Position numbers and translations under genes: made by a program
Assembly (NCBI GenBank): GCA_030141605.1
Contig: JAQGDQ010002440.1
Coordinates: forward strand, 1 to 37,024
Direction: 5' to 3'
DNA: 37,024 nt
Origin: Tubiluchus corallicola
Taxonomy: Eukaryota; Animalia; Priapulida
The notes under the pieces: generated by a model
Seen by the model: the letters and a program-made list of their open reading frames with translations, nothing else
Databases searched by the model: none
Told to the model about the DNA's origin: nothing
In this document: piece after piece, positions 10,941 to 20,435 of the stretch
How the letters are laid out: each line of letters starts with the position of its first letter
Numbering within the stretch: position 1 is the stretch's first letter

Positions 10941-12239
10941 TTCCTACTAACATCTCCTTTTCCTTAGTTTTTATAACTACATTTATTACAGTATTTTCTA
11001 CTAATTTGTTTAATTTGCTACTTTTTATTTTTGTTTTAATATAGTTTTCACTATATCCAAATGCATATTTTTCTTTTACATTTTCTATCAATACCTTCAT
11101 TTCATGATTAATATATTTTTCCATTACATTTTCATATGATTTTTTTCTAATTTTTCTAATCTTCTTGCTCTTTCCTTCTTATTGTATTCAGGTACCTGTT
11201 CTTTATAATCCTTTGCTATGGTTTTTTCTCGCTTTGAATATTTAAAGATGTGTATATTTGATAATTTCATTTTTTTTATATTTTCACAGCTTTCTTGAAA
11301 ATCCCCCTCTGTTTCATAAGGAAAACCAACAATTATATCCCCTGTTATTTCCATATTTTTTACTTCTGCTTTTATTTTTAATATATTATTTACAACAAGT
11401 GAGCTGCTATATTTTCTCCCCATTAGCTTAAGTATTTTGTCTGAGCATGCTTGTATTGAAACATGTAGGTGCGGCAATAGTCTTGTATTATTTTTATATA
11501 GTTTTATTAGACTCTCATTTATTACATAAGGATATATTGAACCTAATCTTATTCGTTCTATTTTAGTTCTTTTTAATAAGCTTTTTAGTAGAAAAATTAG
11601 ATCAAAATCTTCTTCTAAATCTTTTCCATAATCAGATATATTTATTCCAATTAAAACTATTTCTTTTGTGTTTACTTCTTCTAACATTTTTACTTCTTTA
11701 ATTATATTTTCAAGTTCTCTACTTCTACTTTTTCCTCTTGCATACGGTATTTTGCAAAAATAACAGTAGTTATCACATCCATCTTGTATTTTTATAAATG
11801 CCCTTGTTTTTTCTTTTAATGAGCTAAAGTTTATTTCATTGTATTTTTTTTCTAAAAATATGCTTTCAAATTTATAATTATAGTTACTCTTCATGTATCT
11901 ATATATTATTTCTAATACTTTACCTTTTGACTTGTTACCTATTATTAAGTCTATTTCTTTTATATCTTTTAGCTCTTTGTGGTTTGTTTCTGCAAAACAC
12001 CCTGTTAAAACTACAATGGCATTTTTATTTAACCTCTTACATCTCCTCAAGATATTTTTTGTTTTTTTGTCTGAAATTTTTGTCACTGTGCATGAATTTA
12101 CAATATATATATCAGCTCTTTCTTGAAAACTTGTTTCTAAATATCCATTTATTAAAAATATATGCTTTATATTTTCTGTTTCATATTGATTTACTTTACA
12201 CCCAAGAGTATAAAAAGCTACCTTATTTCCAAAACTCAT
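10930..12239 (-). CDS. mtaB: tRNA t6A37 methylthiotransferase MtaB, split by one frameshift
   Basis: TLGCKVNQYET, NSCTVT, TGC, radical SAM CxxxCxxC (GCDNYCYFC) and DIIVGFP. ORF 10930-11124 (GYSENYI) is the C-terminal TRAM-like part. One extra A in the run near 11140-11146 would join them. Confidence 0.92.
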
Positions 12240-12930
12240 TAGTTATTAACCCTCCTGCAACTATTGCAGCTGTTTCTGCCCTTAATATCCTTTTACCTAA
12301 AGAAATACTTTTACCTCCTCTAAGCTCAATTGTTATAATTTCTTCCTTTGTAAACCCACCTTCTGGTCCTACAAAGTACAATATTTTTTTATGATTTTTT
12401 ATATTTAAATCTCTCATATACTTATGATTTTCATTTTCATTTATCAATATAATTAAATCATACTTACTATAATCGATATCATCTATTTCTATTAAATCAT
12501 TTATAACTGGTATTTTTACTCCTTGGCATTGCTTTAGAGATTCCTTTATCAGCTTTTCCCATCTTTCTTTTTTTTCTTTTAAGTATTTTTTACTTCTTTT
12601 TGTTTTTATTGGTATAATTTTATTTATTCCTAGTTCTGTCAATTTTTGTATCGCTAATTCAAAACTATCTTTATTTAATATTGATAATGCTATATCTAAT
12701 TCTATATCTAATGAGTATCTGTCTGTATACTCTTTCAAAATTTTACAATTTATTTTATTGTTACCTATTTCTTCTATTTCTAAGATATATTCTGTTTTGC
12801 CATCAACTCCTCTAATTTTTTCCCCTTTTTTTACTCTAAATGAGTTTTTTAAATGATTTATTTCATCTTTATCATCTAAAGTTAGTTTATTTTTTTCCAC
12901 AAAAACATTGGTCAAAAATGTAGTTATCAT
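12223..12930 (-). CDS. rsmE: 16S rRNA m3U1498 methyltransferase RsmE
   Basis: QKLTELGI, VGPEGGF and LGKRILRAETA SPOUT motifs. Confidence 0.95.
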   Translation of the reverse strand: MITTFLTNVFVEKNKLTLDDKDEINHLKNSFRVKKGEKIRGVDGKTEYILEIEEIGNNKINCKILKEYTDRYSLDIELDIALSILNKDSFELAIQKLTELGINKIIPIKTKRSKKYLKEKKERWEKLIKESLKQCQGVKIPVINDLIEIDDIDYSKYDLIILINENENHKYMRDLNIKNHKKILYFVGPEGGFTKEEIITIELRGGKSISLGKRILRAETAAIVAGGLITNEFWK

Positions 12931-12931
12931 C

Positions 12932-13351
12932 TCAGCACACCAAGTTCCTGTCTAGAATTATATCCTCTAGTGTGTAGCTCTCTAAAACATCCTTTACTGC
13001 ACTATTCATTTTGCTCCATAAACATCTATTATGACAAACCTCATAAGGGCACTGATCTTCTTCTTGGTTACATTTCAATATTTTATCTTTATCATCTTCT
13101 AGTATGTTATATATTTTTATCAAAGGTACCTCTTTAGGTTCTATATTAAGCCTATATCCTCCCTTAGGACCACGCTTTCCTTCAATTATTTTTTCATTTT
13201 TTAATCTAAAAAGTATTTGCTCTAAATATTGAATTGATATTTTTTCTTCTTCTGCAATATCTCTAATTTTCGTAAGTTCCCCCTTTTTTTTCGCATCAGC
13301 TATATATAAAAGCGCTTTTAAACCATACCTTATTTTTGAGTTTACTTTCAT
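12932..13351 (-). CDS. Rrf2 family transcriptional regulator (IscR/CymR-like) with Cys cluster
   Basis: YLEQIL and RGPKGGYRL winged-HTH motifs. C-terminal [17 protein letters not shown] could bind an Fe-S cluster. Confidence 0.9.
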   Translation of the reverse strand: MKVNSKIRYGLKALLYIADAKKKGELTKIRDIAEEEKISIQYLEQILFRLKNEKIIEGKRGPKGGYRLNIEPKEVPLIKIYNILEDDKDKILKCNQEEDQCPYEVCHNRCLWSKMNSAVKDVLESYTLEDIILDRNLVC

Positions 13352-14352
13352 AATAATGTCCCTTCTATAATATTTAAATGTTCAAATGCAAGTTTTGTTG
13401 CAACTCTTCCTCTATTAGTTCGTTTTATAAAACCCATTTTAACTAAATAAGGTTCGTATACTTCCTCTAAAGTTTTTTTATCTTCTCCAAGCAATAAAGA
13501 TAAAGTTTCTATTCCTACAGGTCCTCCTGAATATTTTTCAATAATTGATTTAAGAAATTCTCTATCTAAGTCATCTAGTCCATATTCGTCTACACCTAAT
13601 AAATTCAAAGCTTCTATAGCTATATTTTTAGTTATAACACCCTCTCCTCTTATTTCTGCATAGTCCCTAACTCTTTTTAAGAACCTATTTGCTATTCTAG
13701 GTGTCCCTCTACTTCTGTTTGAGATTTCTAAAGCACCTTTTTCTTCTATTTTCACATTTAGTATACTACTTCCCCTTTTTAATATTTTTATAAGATCTTT
13801 TTCTGTATAATAGTCCATCCTGTGCGACATTCCAAATCTATCTCTAAGGGGTGAGCTTAAAAGGCCTGCTTTTGTTGTTGCTCCTATTAATGTGAAGCTT
13901 GGAAGCTCTATTCTAATTGATTTAGCAGTTGGGCCTTTCCCTATCATTATATCTAGTTCTTTATCTTCCATAGCTGGATATAGTATTTCTTCTACATTTG
14001 TGTTTAATCTATGTATTTCATCTATAAAAAGTATATCATTTTCTTCTAGTGAAGTTATTATTGCTGCTAAATCTCCTGCTCTATCAATTATAGGTCCTGA
14101 AGTTACTTTAATATTTACATTCATCTCATTTGCTATCACACTTGCAAGTGTTGTTTTTCCAAGGCCAGGAGGTCCATATAGTAATATATGGTCTATTGCC
14201 TCTTGTCTCCTTTTAGCTGCTTCAATAAATATTTTTATTTTTTCTTTCAACTTGTCTTGTCCAATGTATTCTACAAATTTTGATGGTCTCAATCTTTTTT
14301 GTACATCGTATTCATTTTTTAGCTCGTTAGCCGAAAGAATCCTATCTTGCAT
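13348..14352 (-). CDS. ruvB: Holliday junction branch migration helicase RuvB
   Basis: LRP..F.EYIGQ, Walker [30 protein letters not shown] and EEVYEPYL. Confidence 0.98.
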   Translation of the reverse strand: MQDRILSANELKNEYDVQKRLRPSKFVEYIGQDKLKEKIKIFIEAAKRRQEAIDHILLYGPPGLGKTTLASVIANEMNVNIKVTSGPIIDRAGDLAAIITSLEENDILFIDEIHRLNTNVEEILYPAMEDKELDIMIGKGPTAKSIRIELPSFTLIGATTKAGLLSSPLRDRFGMSHRMDYYTEKDLIKILKRGSSILNVKIEEKGALEISNRSRGTPRIANRFLKRVRDYAEIRGEGVITKNIAIEALNLLGVDEYGLDDLDREFLKSIIEKYSGGPVGIETLSLLLGEDKKTLEEVYEPYLVKMGFIKRTNRGRVATKLAFEHLNIIEGTLL

Positions 14353-14392
14353 TTTTACCTCTCATCACACACAAATTATAAATATCTAAATT

Positions 14393-14421
14393 ATGATATC
14401 ACAAAATTATTATTATTTCAA
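14393..14421 (-). promoter_or_regulatory. Putative sigma70 promoter of the ruvB-led housekeeping run
   Basis: Minus strand TTGAAA (14421-14416), 17-nt spacer ending in TGn, then TATCAT (14398-14393), about 40 nt upstream of the ruvB ATG. Confidence 0.5.
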
Positions 14422-14759
14422 TGATAACTATCGTATTAATAGCAACTATATATTGAAAATAGATTAAAATTAACAAAATAGCTTTTACTGTATTAATTTA
14501 CACATGTTTAAACTAAAATCATTGTTACTTCAGTTTAAGATAATTTCACTAGATACATAAAAGTGAAGTACATTTTATAAAATATTTCAATAATAGTTTA
14601 TAGAGTATAAATGATAATTAAAGAAAGAAGTTGATTATCGTAAAACAATACAAATAATGTACTAAAAAATAATAACAACATAAAAAATAAAAATTTTATT
14701 TTAACTACATAGTATAAATAATATATTCAAATAGATTTAATCATTATTAATATGTTTTC

Positions 14760-14789
14760 AAAAAAAAATGCCAATATTACTATTGACAT
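14760..14789 (-). terminator. Intrinsic terminator downstream of the GDYXXLXY gene
   Basis: Minus strand ATGTCAATA-GTAA-TATTGGCAT hairpin (one G-U pair) followed by a T8 run. Confidence 0.7.
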
Positions 14790-14851
14790 AATATAATTAT
14801 ATTATATAACAACTCATTTTGTTTTTTTAACTATTTTAAAAAAATATTTTT

Positions 14852-15400
14852 TTACTCATGGATATTCATTAAGTATTCATAAACTTGTACGCCATTAATA
14901 TACAAATCCTCTATGATTATGTTTCCATTTCTAAGCTTAGCCAACAAATATGCATTTTCAAAGTGTTTTTTGTCTCTAAAGGCATTTTCAGCATCCTTAG
15001 AAAACTTTTCATTAATGAAAAACTTATTTACATTGAGGTCAATATAAAAAAAATCATTACTATGCACATTAATATCCTTTGAATTTACTTTTAAATAAGC
15101 TTTGTCTATAGGTTTTAAATCACTTACACTAATAAAGTTCATATATCCAGCATTAGATTTTTCTACAGTAACAAATAATTTTTTAGAGCTTTCACCAATA
15201 GAAGTGGCTGGTACTAAAGTATCTATTGTTTTAAGTCTTAAATACGAACCTCTAAAGGGGTCATACGGATCATAAAGTTCAACATTTATCTTATACTCCT
15301 CTCCCCTTTTTACAATAATTTCATTTTTAAAAATAAAACATAAAATTATAATAATATGCGCTGTAAATAGAATTAATGTTCTTTTTTTTATTTTACTCAC
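14852..15400 (-). CDS. GDYXXLXY domain membrane-anchored protein
   Basis: N-terminal TM helix, motif YDPYDPFRGSYLRL, and FFINE..S..AE. The GTG start overlaps the stop of the upstream DUF2157 gene. Confidence 0.85.
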   Translation of the reverse strand: MSKIKKRTLILFTAHIIIILCFIFKNEIIVKRGEEYKINVELYDPYDPFRGSYLRLKTIDTLVPATSIGESSKKLFVTVEKSNAGYMNFISVSDLKPIDKAYLKVNSKDINVHSNDFFYIDLNVNKFFINEKFSKDAENAFRDKKHFENAYLLAKLRNGNIIIEDLYINGVQVYEYLMNIHE

Positions 15401-16749
15401 TTTTCCACCTTTTTTAATGAAAAATTTAATAGTAAAAGAAAAATACCAAATATAACAAATGTACTTCCTCTTGCAATTAATGGTAAATTAAAATCTATAA
15501 ATTTAAAAAAAATAATTATAATCATGAGAAAAACGCCTAAATTTAACTTACTTATATCCTTATTTATAGCTCCTCTAATGATTATATCTATACCAATTAT
15601 TAAAAAGTAAGTTATATAAATAAATGAAAAAATGCTCCATAGTAAAACATTTTCATTATAATTCGACCCAATAATAAAAATTAAAATACTAATTATAGGA
15701 AAAATAAAATACAAGATATTTTGTATTTTATTTTCTCTATCAGATCTTACAATTTTTAAGCCTAAAACAATAGATAATATAAAAAATGTCATGAGTAAGA
15801 CATAGTCAATAATTCCCCATAGTTTATTAAATCTATGCTCATCTCTCATGTAACTAAATCCTATTTCAGAAAAAAAGTAGTCATAAGTTAATAAAAAAGA
15901 TAAAACTATAACTCCATATTCTCCTATTTTCAAAAAAGGGTTATTTAATTTACTATGAATTTTATAATTACTATTTTTCAATAAGTTTTTTTTATCACTT
16001 AATAAACTATATAATGGATAATAATTTTTCCCTATAAAATAAAACATGGATAACAACGATGCGTATATAGGTATCCATATTCCAGGTATAACTTTCTCTA
16101 AAGATATACCTATTCCTGCAACCAGCCCTAGTGACACAATCCAAGAAGCAAGAATATGCTTTTTACTTTCATTTTTCATAAACAGAATAGGCATAACATA
16201 TGCAATTAAAATCCAATACAAAGGAGAAAAACCTCTTTCACTTTGAGAATATATAGTCCAGAAGGTTATAAGAAATATATAAATCATAATACTACCAAGA
16301 GAATCAGATAAATAAATAATAGGAGCTATTAATGCTATCCAAATTAATAAAAAACTGCCTATATCTCCTGAAACATTATATATTTGTGATATAAGAGATA
16401 TAGAGACTCCTATTGTAAAACTTAAAAACACTGCTGAAAATTCCCTCCATGAACTACTTTTATAATTTTTATAACTATAGTAATATAAAAGCTGCCCTAG
16501 TAAAACTAAAAATACACAGAAAGTCAGTTTTAAATATTTTGAGATATTAAACCAATTATAAGCAACTAAAAGTATAAGCCCTAAACCTATAAATACAGCA
16601 GCAATAGTACTAATAATTACAAAAGTTCTATTTTGATTTTTCGAAGAATTGCTTGAATTATAATATTTCTCTATATTCTTGCACGTTTCAACACTTATAA
16701 TATTTTTAGAAAGTAGTTCTTCTAAATCTTTTGAGATAGAATTTTTCAT
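15397..16749 (-). CDS. DUF2157 family multi-pass membrane protein
   Basis: N-terminal LLSKNIIS, then IGLGLILLVAYNW and ISLISQIYN motifs, with about 12 TM segments. Standard partner of GDYXXLXY proteins. Confidence 0.85.
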   Translation of the reverse strand: MKNSISKDLEELLSKNIISVETCKNIEKYYNSSNSSKNQNRTFVIISTIAAVFIGLGLILLVAYNWFNISKYLKLTFCVFLVLLGQLLYYYSYKNYKSSSWREFSAVFLSFTIGVSISLISQIYNVSGDIGSFLLIWIALIAPIIYLSDSLGSIMIYIFLITFWTIYSQSERGFSPLYWILIAYVMPILFMKNESKKHILASWIVSLGLVAGIGISLEKVIPGIWIPIYASLLSMFYFIGKNYYPLYSLLSDKKNLLKNSNYKIHSKLNNPFLKIGEYGVIVLSFLLTYDYFFSEIGFSYMRDEHRFNKLWGIIDYVLLMTFFILSIVLGLKIVRSDRENKIQNILYFIFPIISILIFIIGSNYNENVLLWSIFSFIYITYFLIIGIDIIIRGAINKDISKLNLGVFLMIIIIFFKFIDFNLPLIARGSTFVIFGIFLLLLNFSLKKVEK

Positions 16750-16800
16750 AATAATCTCCTATTTAATAGCATCTCTATAAATAAAAAATTAAACAATTTC

Positions 16801-17181
16801 TTATTTATCTATTTTTGAATTCATAAAAATTGTAATACTCTTAGAAAAAATAAGATTTATAAATAAAAATATATATATAATCAAAAATATTCCTAATAGC
16901 AAAATAGCTATAATTGGTATAGTCTGTATAAGTTTAATTATTACAAACAGTATTAATAAAGCTGCTATTAAGCTAAAAATTCCTAGTGTATATCTAGCCC
17001 ATTTATGTCCCTTGTATAAAAATATACATAAGATTGTCGTAAGAAATAGCCTAGCAAAATCTTCTATTCTAAGAATCCCTTTGGTTTTATAAATAACTAA
17101 AAAACTTAATACACCCATGATAAGCGTAATGCATGTAATACTTATTAATAAGATTTTACCCCTTTTTATTTTTTCATCCAT
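16801..17181 (-). CDS. Hypothetical 4-TM membrane protein
   Basis: AGGAG RBS, four hydrophobic segments, LYKGHKWAR loop. Confidence 0.7.
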   Translation of the reverse strand: MDEKIKRGKILLISITCITLIMGVLSFLVIYKTKGILRIEDFARLFLTTILCIFLYKGHKWARYTLGIFSLIAALLILFVIIKLIQTIPIIAILLLGIFLIIYIFLFINLIFSKSITIFMNSKIDK

Positions 17182-17574
17182 AACTATTCTCCTTCAAATT
17201 ATGTAGCTTTATTTAAAATACGTATAAATACTTTATTTATCATTATTTATTGTGCACTCAATGCTAAAGAAAGTAGAACATTTAATATTGCATATTATAC
17301 ATGATTTTTTATTATTTTGTAACCTAAACATCAATAATATTTATAGGTAAATAATATATTTTGTTATATTTCAATAACACTTTAATAAACTAACTTACCT
17401 ATTAGTAAAATTAGCTTTATTTAGTTAAATAACACCTCTTTAAATATTTCAATTAAATAAGTTAATGGAAAAAACTTTAAAATTAAGTAAAAATACTGTT
17501 TACGTATTTACTAAAATTTTGATATAATATTTTGTATAATAAAGTTAAAAAATTTTATAAAGGAGATGAAAGTT

Positions 17575-18274
17575 ATGAAAAGAATGATTTTGATAGTAAG
17601 TGCAACGCTAGTACTTATTTTAGCAATAAGTACTATTGGAAAAATATCTAACAAAGAGTTCAATAAAAAATCACCTAATTTAAAGCCCTGAAGTAAACGA
17701 AGTGGGAATTGATGTATTTAAAGCTCTAGAAATAAGAGCTACATCTAGAAACTTTACAAGTAAAGAAGTTCCTTTAGAAATTATTTCTTCCATTTTGTGG
17801 GCTGGAAACGGTGTTATCTTAGAAGATGGAGATAAAACTATACATGGGTACGATACTATTTCAGGGGCTACGTCTACAAATAGGTCCACTATTCCGTGGG
17901 TGTGGGAGTCTCATTACATAAATACTTATTTATTGTTAGATGATGGGTCTTATAAGTATATTCCTGAAGAACATAGCTTAGAACATATAAATAGTAAAAA
18001 TTTTATAAAAGAAAGCGGTTTAAATACAGATGGAGCTCACGGTGTAATTGTTGTTGCAGTAGATAATAATATTTTAAAAGACAAAAATAGTGAAATTAGT
18101 AAAAATATATCTTATGTTGCAGCAGGGTCAGTCATCCAAAATATGAATGTTGCAGGAGCTGCACACAATGTACAAATGCTCCCTCAAATAGGTTTTAATG
18201 AAAATATTGGAAGTGAACTAGGTTTATCAGAAAATATTAAAGTTTTATTGATTTTACCTTTTGGATATGCTTAA
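17575..18274 (+). CDS. Nitroreductase-fold (SagB/ThcOx-like) flavoprotein with N-terminal signal/anchor, one frameshift near 17685
   Basis: ORF 17702-18274 has ALEIRATSRNF and ISSILWAGNG, typical of the FMN-binding nitroreductase fold. Upstream RBS AAGGAG and ATG 17575 encode MKRMILIVSATLVLILAISTIG, which stops at TGA 17689 one base out of frame. Confidence 0.72.
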
Positions 18275-18310
18275 AATTAATTAGATCTATATAATTTTTA
18301 ATTTTAAATA

Positions 18311-18343
18311 ACAAAAGAACTTCTAAAATAGAAGTTCTTTTGT
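18311..18343. terminator. Bidirectional intrinsic terminator between convergent genes
   Basis: Perfect 15-bp inverted repeat ACAAAAGAACTTCTA-AAA-TAGAAGTTCTTTTGT. Confidence 0.85.
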
Positions 18344-18349
18344 AGTTTA

Positions 18350-18979
18350 TTATTTTTTAGAATCAACATATTTATTCATAATTTTACTATACCTTTTCAT
18401 TTTTTTATCAAATTTTGATTCCATTTTTTTATATTTACGATATTGTTTATTATCTAGTATATTTTCCATTTCAGAAGAAAATTCTCCTCTCATTTTTTTC
18501 ATTTCTTCTTTTATTTCTTCAATTGAAGAATTTTGCTCACTTATTTGTTTTGTCTTTTTTGAATTTTCCTCAAGAAGAGCTGTAACTTCTTTCTTTTGAT
18601 CTTCGTTAAGATTTAACTTTTTGTCAAAGTGGCTAACCATTTTATCAAGCATTTCTTTTTCTTTTTCTTTTTGCATCTCATCAAATTTAACTTTTTGTTC
18701 AGAAGTTAAAACTTCTTTCATTTCATCTTTTTGCTTATCCATTAAATTCTTATATTCTTCAAATTTAATTTCTTTTGAAACATCACTTTCTTTTACTTCT
18801 TTAAATTCATCTTTATATTTTTCCTTAATTTCTTTAATTTCTCCTTTTTGTTTTTCTGTTAACTCAAGTTCTTCCATCATTGCTTCATGAGTATGTTTAG
18901 AGTTTTTAGCATATATTTGTGTTGAGCCTAGTATAATCATGCTACTAATTATAGTAACTAATAATAATTTCTTTTTCAT
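18350..18979 (-). CDS. Exported helical protein with duplicated LTxxQ modules (Spy/CpxP-like or DUF4890-like)
   Basis: Start reassigned to ATG 18979 (AAGGAG RBS). Signal peptide MKKKLLLVTIISSMIILGSTQIYA. Motif pairs LELTEKQ/VLTSEQ and LNLNEDQ/ILDNKQ. Rich in Lys, Glu and Met. Confidence 0.7.
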   Translation of the reverse strand: MKKKLLLVTIISSMIILGSTQIYAKNSKHTHEAMMEELELTEKQKGEIKEIKEKYKDEFKEVKESDVSKEIKFEEYKNLMDKQKDEMKEVLTSEQKVKFDEMQKEKEKEMLDKMVSHFDKKLNLNEDQKKEVTALLEENSKKTKQISEQNSSIEEIKEEMKKMRGEFSSEMENILDNKQYRKYKKMESKFDKKMKRYSKIMNKYVDSKK

Positions 18980-19019
18980 AAAATATTCTCCTTTGTAAAA
19001 TATATTTAAATTACTTGAC

Positions 19020-19083
19020 ATAATACCAAGTAAAGCTTAGAATAATCTTTTTGTATTCTTAAAATTTAATTAAATATCCTTAA
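19020..19083 (-). promoter_or_regulatory. Extended -10 promoter with five helically phased TTAAG-like direct repeats (putative OmpR/PhoB-family binding array)
   Basis: Plus-strand cttag 19036, ctttt 19047, cttaa 19058, attaa 19069 and cttaa 19079 (spacing 11,11,11,10). Minus-strand TGG-TATTAT at 19028-19020, with the hexamer 10 nt from the last repeat. Confidence 0.55.
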
Positions 19084-19115
19084 AATAAAAAAGGTACACA
19101 TATATATGCATACCT
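19082..19115 (-). terminator. Intrinsic terminator of the pspC pair
   Basis: Minus strand AGGTATGCAT-ATAT-ATGTGTACCT (two G-U pairs) followed by TTTTTATTTT. Confidence 0.75.
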
Positions 19116-19146
19116 AATGTTTATGCCGTTAATTTCTTAATTAAAT

Positions 19147-19329
19147 TTAGTTTTCCACAGGCATTAATATTATTGCTATAACATAAAGAAGAATGCCTCC
19201 CCCTCCAAAAAAAGTTAAGAATATAAACAATATTCTAATTATATTTGAATCAATGTTAAAGTATTTACCTAGACCTCCACATACACCTGCCAACTTCTTA
19301 TCACTTTCTGACCTCATCAACTTTTTCAC
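19147..19329 (-). CDS. pspC: PspC domain protein (minimal, 60 aa)
   Basis: KLMRSESDKKLAGVCGGLGKYF PspC signature. GTG start with AGGAGG RBS. Confidence 0.92.
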   Translation of the reverse strand: MKKLMRSESDKKLAGVCGGLGKYFNIDSNIIRILFIFLTFFGGGGILLYVIAIILMPVEN

Positions 19330-19350
19330 TTTACTTATTCCTCCTAGATA

Positions 19351-19674
19351 TTATTGATTTATTTCACCTTCTGCTTCATTAGGTTCCACTGTAATTTCTT
19401 TATTATCATCTACTATTTCGTCTTCCTTAGGGGCTTCATTTAATGATTCCTGCTCTGTTATATTTCCATCAGTTGTAACATACTTCTTATCATCTGAGGG
19501 TATCAGTATAGCAGCTATTATATATAGCAAAATCCCTCCAAAACCACCTGTGAATAAAGCTATAAAAACAAACACAATTCTTATAATTGTAGAATCAATA
19601 TCAAAGTACTTACCTAGACCTCCACATACACCAGCTAGTTTTTTATCACTTTCAGATCTCATTAATTTTTTCAT
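19351..19674 (-). CDS. pspC: PspC domain protein with acidic C-terminal tail
   Basis: Same PspC signature plus a roughly 45-aa Glu/Asp-rich tail. AGGAGG RBS. Confidence 0.92.
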   Translation of the reverse strand: MKKLMRSESDKKLAGVCGGLGKYFDIDSTIIRIVFVFIALFTGGFGGILLYIIAAILIPSDDKKYVTTDGNITEQESLNEAPKEDEIVDDNKEITVEPNEAEGEINQ

Positions 19675-19807
19675 TTGCTCCTCCTTTTTTTTATTTATTA
19701 AAAAATATCATATCACTAATTATAACCTTTTTTTATTTTTCATTCAATAGATTTAATGTAATATAGTAAAAATATATGATATAATTATTTGTACGGAGGT
19801 GATTTAC

Positions 19808-20197
19808 ATGGTACCTAATAAGTTAAAAAAATGGTTTTTGGCTCACTTTATTATAGATATGATATTTGCAATACCTCTTATGTTTTTTACAGAGGAAGTA
19901 CTCATTTTTATAAAAATGGAAAACACAAACCTCATTTTTGCACGCCTTGTAGGAGCAGCCCTTTTCGGCATTGGTATAGAATCTCTATTAGGTAACAATA
20001 AAGGCATTGAGAGTTATTCAAGTTTATTAACCCTAAAAATAATATGGTCTTTTAGTGCTATTGTTGCATTTTCTTTAAGTATTTTTAAAGATAAAAATAA
20101 TAATATTTTTCTATGGTTATCATTTTTTATATTTATCATATTTAACATAGCATGGGTGTATTGGAAACTTATTTTATTAAGAGAAAAATCTGTATAA
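19808..20197 (+). CDS. Hypothetical 4-TM membrane protein
   Basis: GGAGGT RBS before ATG 19808, four hydrophobic segments, ARLVGAALFGIG motif. Confidence 0.75.
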   Translation: MVPNKLKKWFLAHFIIDMIFAIPLMFFTEEVLIFIKMENTNLIFARLVGAALFGIGIESLLGNNKGIESYSSLLTLKIIWSFSAIVAFSLSIFKDKNNNIFLWLSFFIFIIFNIAWVYWKLILLREKSV

Positions 20198-20249
20198 TTC
20201 AAAATTTTATTTTTTTGTATAATTTTTTTATTATTTCTACATATTTTAA

Positions 20250-20278
20250 TTGACAAAATATATAAAAAGTTTTACAAT
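20250..20278 (+). promoter_or_regulatory. Sigma70 promoter of the glycerol-phosphate operon
   Basis: TTGACA (20250-20255), 17 nt, TACAAT (20273-20278). Confidence 0.7.
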
Positions 20279-20378
20279 TTTTTTATATTATTTAAGTACA
20301 TTTTTATAAAAATATATATAAATTAATGTTAATAGTTATAAAAATAAAATAAATAATTGTTTTTTTAATTAAAAAATA

Positions 20379-20435
20379 ATGAGAGAAGCTATATAGAATA
20401 CACAGTATAGTTGTGTCATTTTACATGGCCTTTTT
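20379..20435 (+). promoter_or_regulatory. Leader terminator/attenuator hairpin in the 5' UTR (candidate GlpP-type antitermination target)
   Basis: Imperfect hairpin GCTATATAGAATACACAG-TATAG-TTGTGTCATTTTACATGGC followed by CTTTTT, lying between the promoter and the first gene and preceded by purine-rich ATGAGAGAA. Confidence 0.5.

Noticed and set aside
10930-11124. 64-aa ORF as an independent small protein
   Set aside because: It is the C-terminal part of MtaB, separated by a single indel in an A-run.
14422-14759. Long AT-rich intergenic stretch, checked for a CRISPR array, sRNA, Fur box (AATGATAACTATCG) or a micro-ORF (MITIVLIATIY)
   Set aside because: No regular repeats or stable structure. 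The Fur-like match is partial and expected at this AT content, and the micro-ORF has no RBS.
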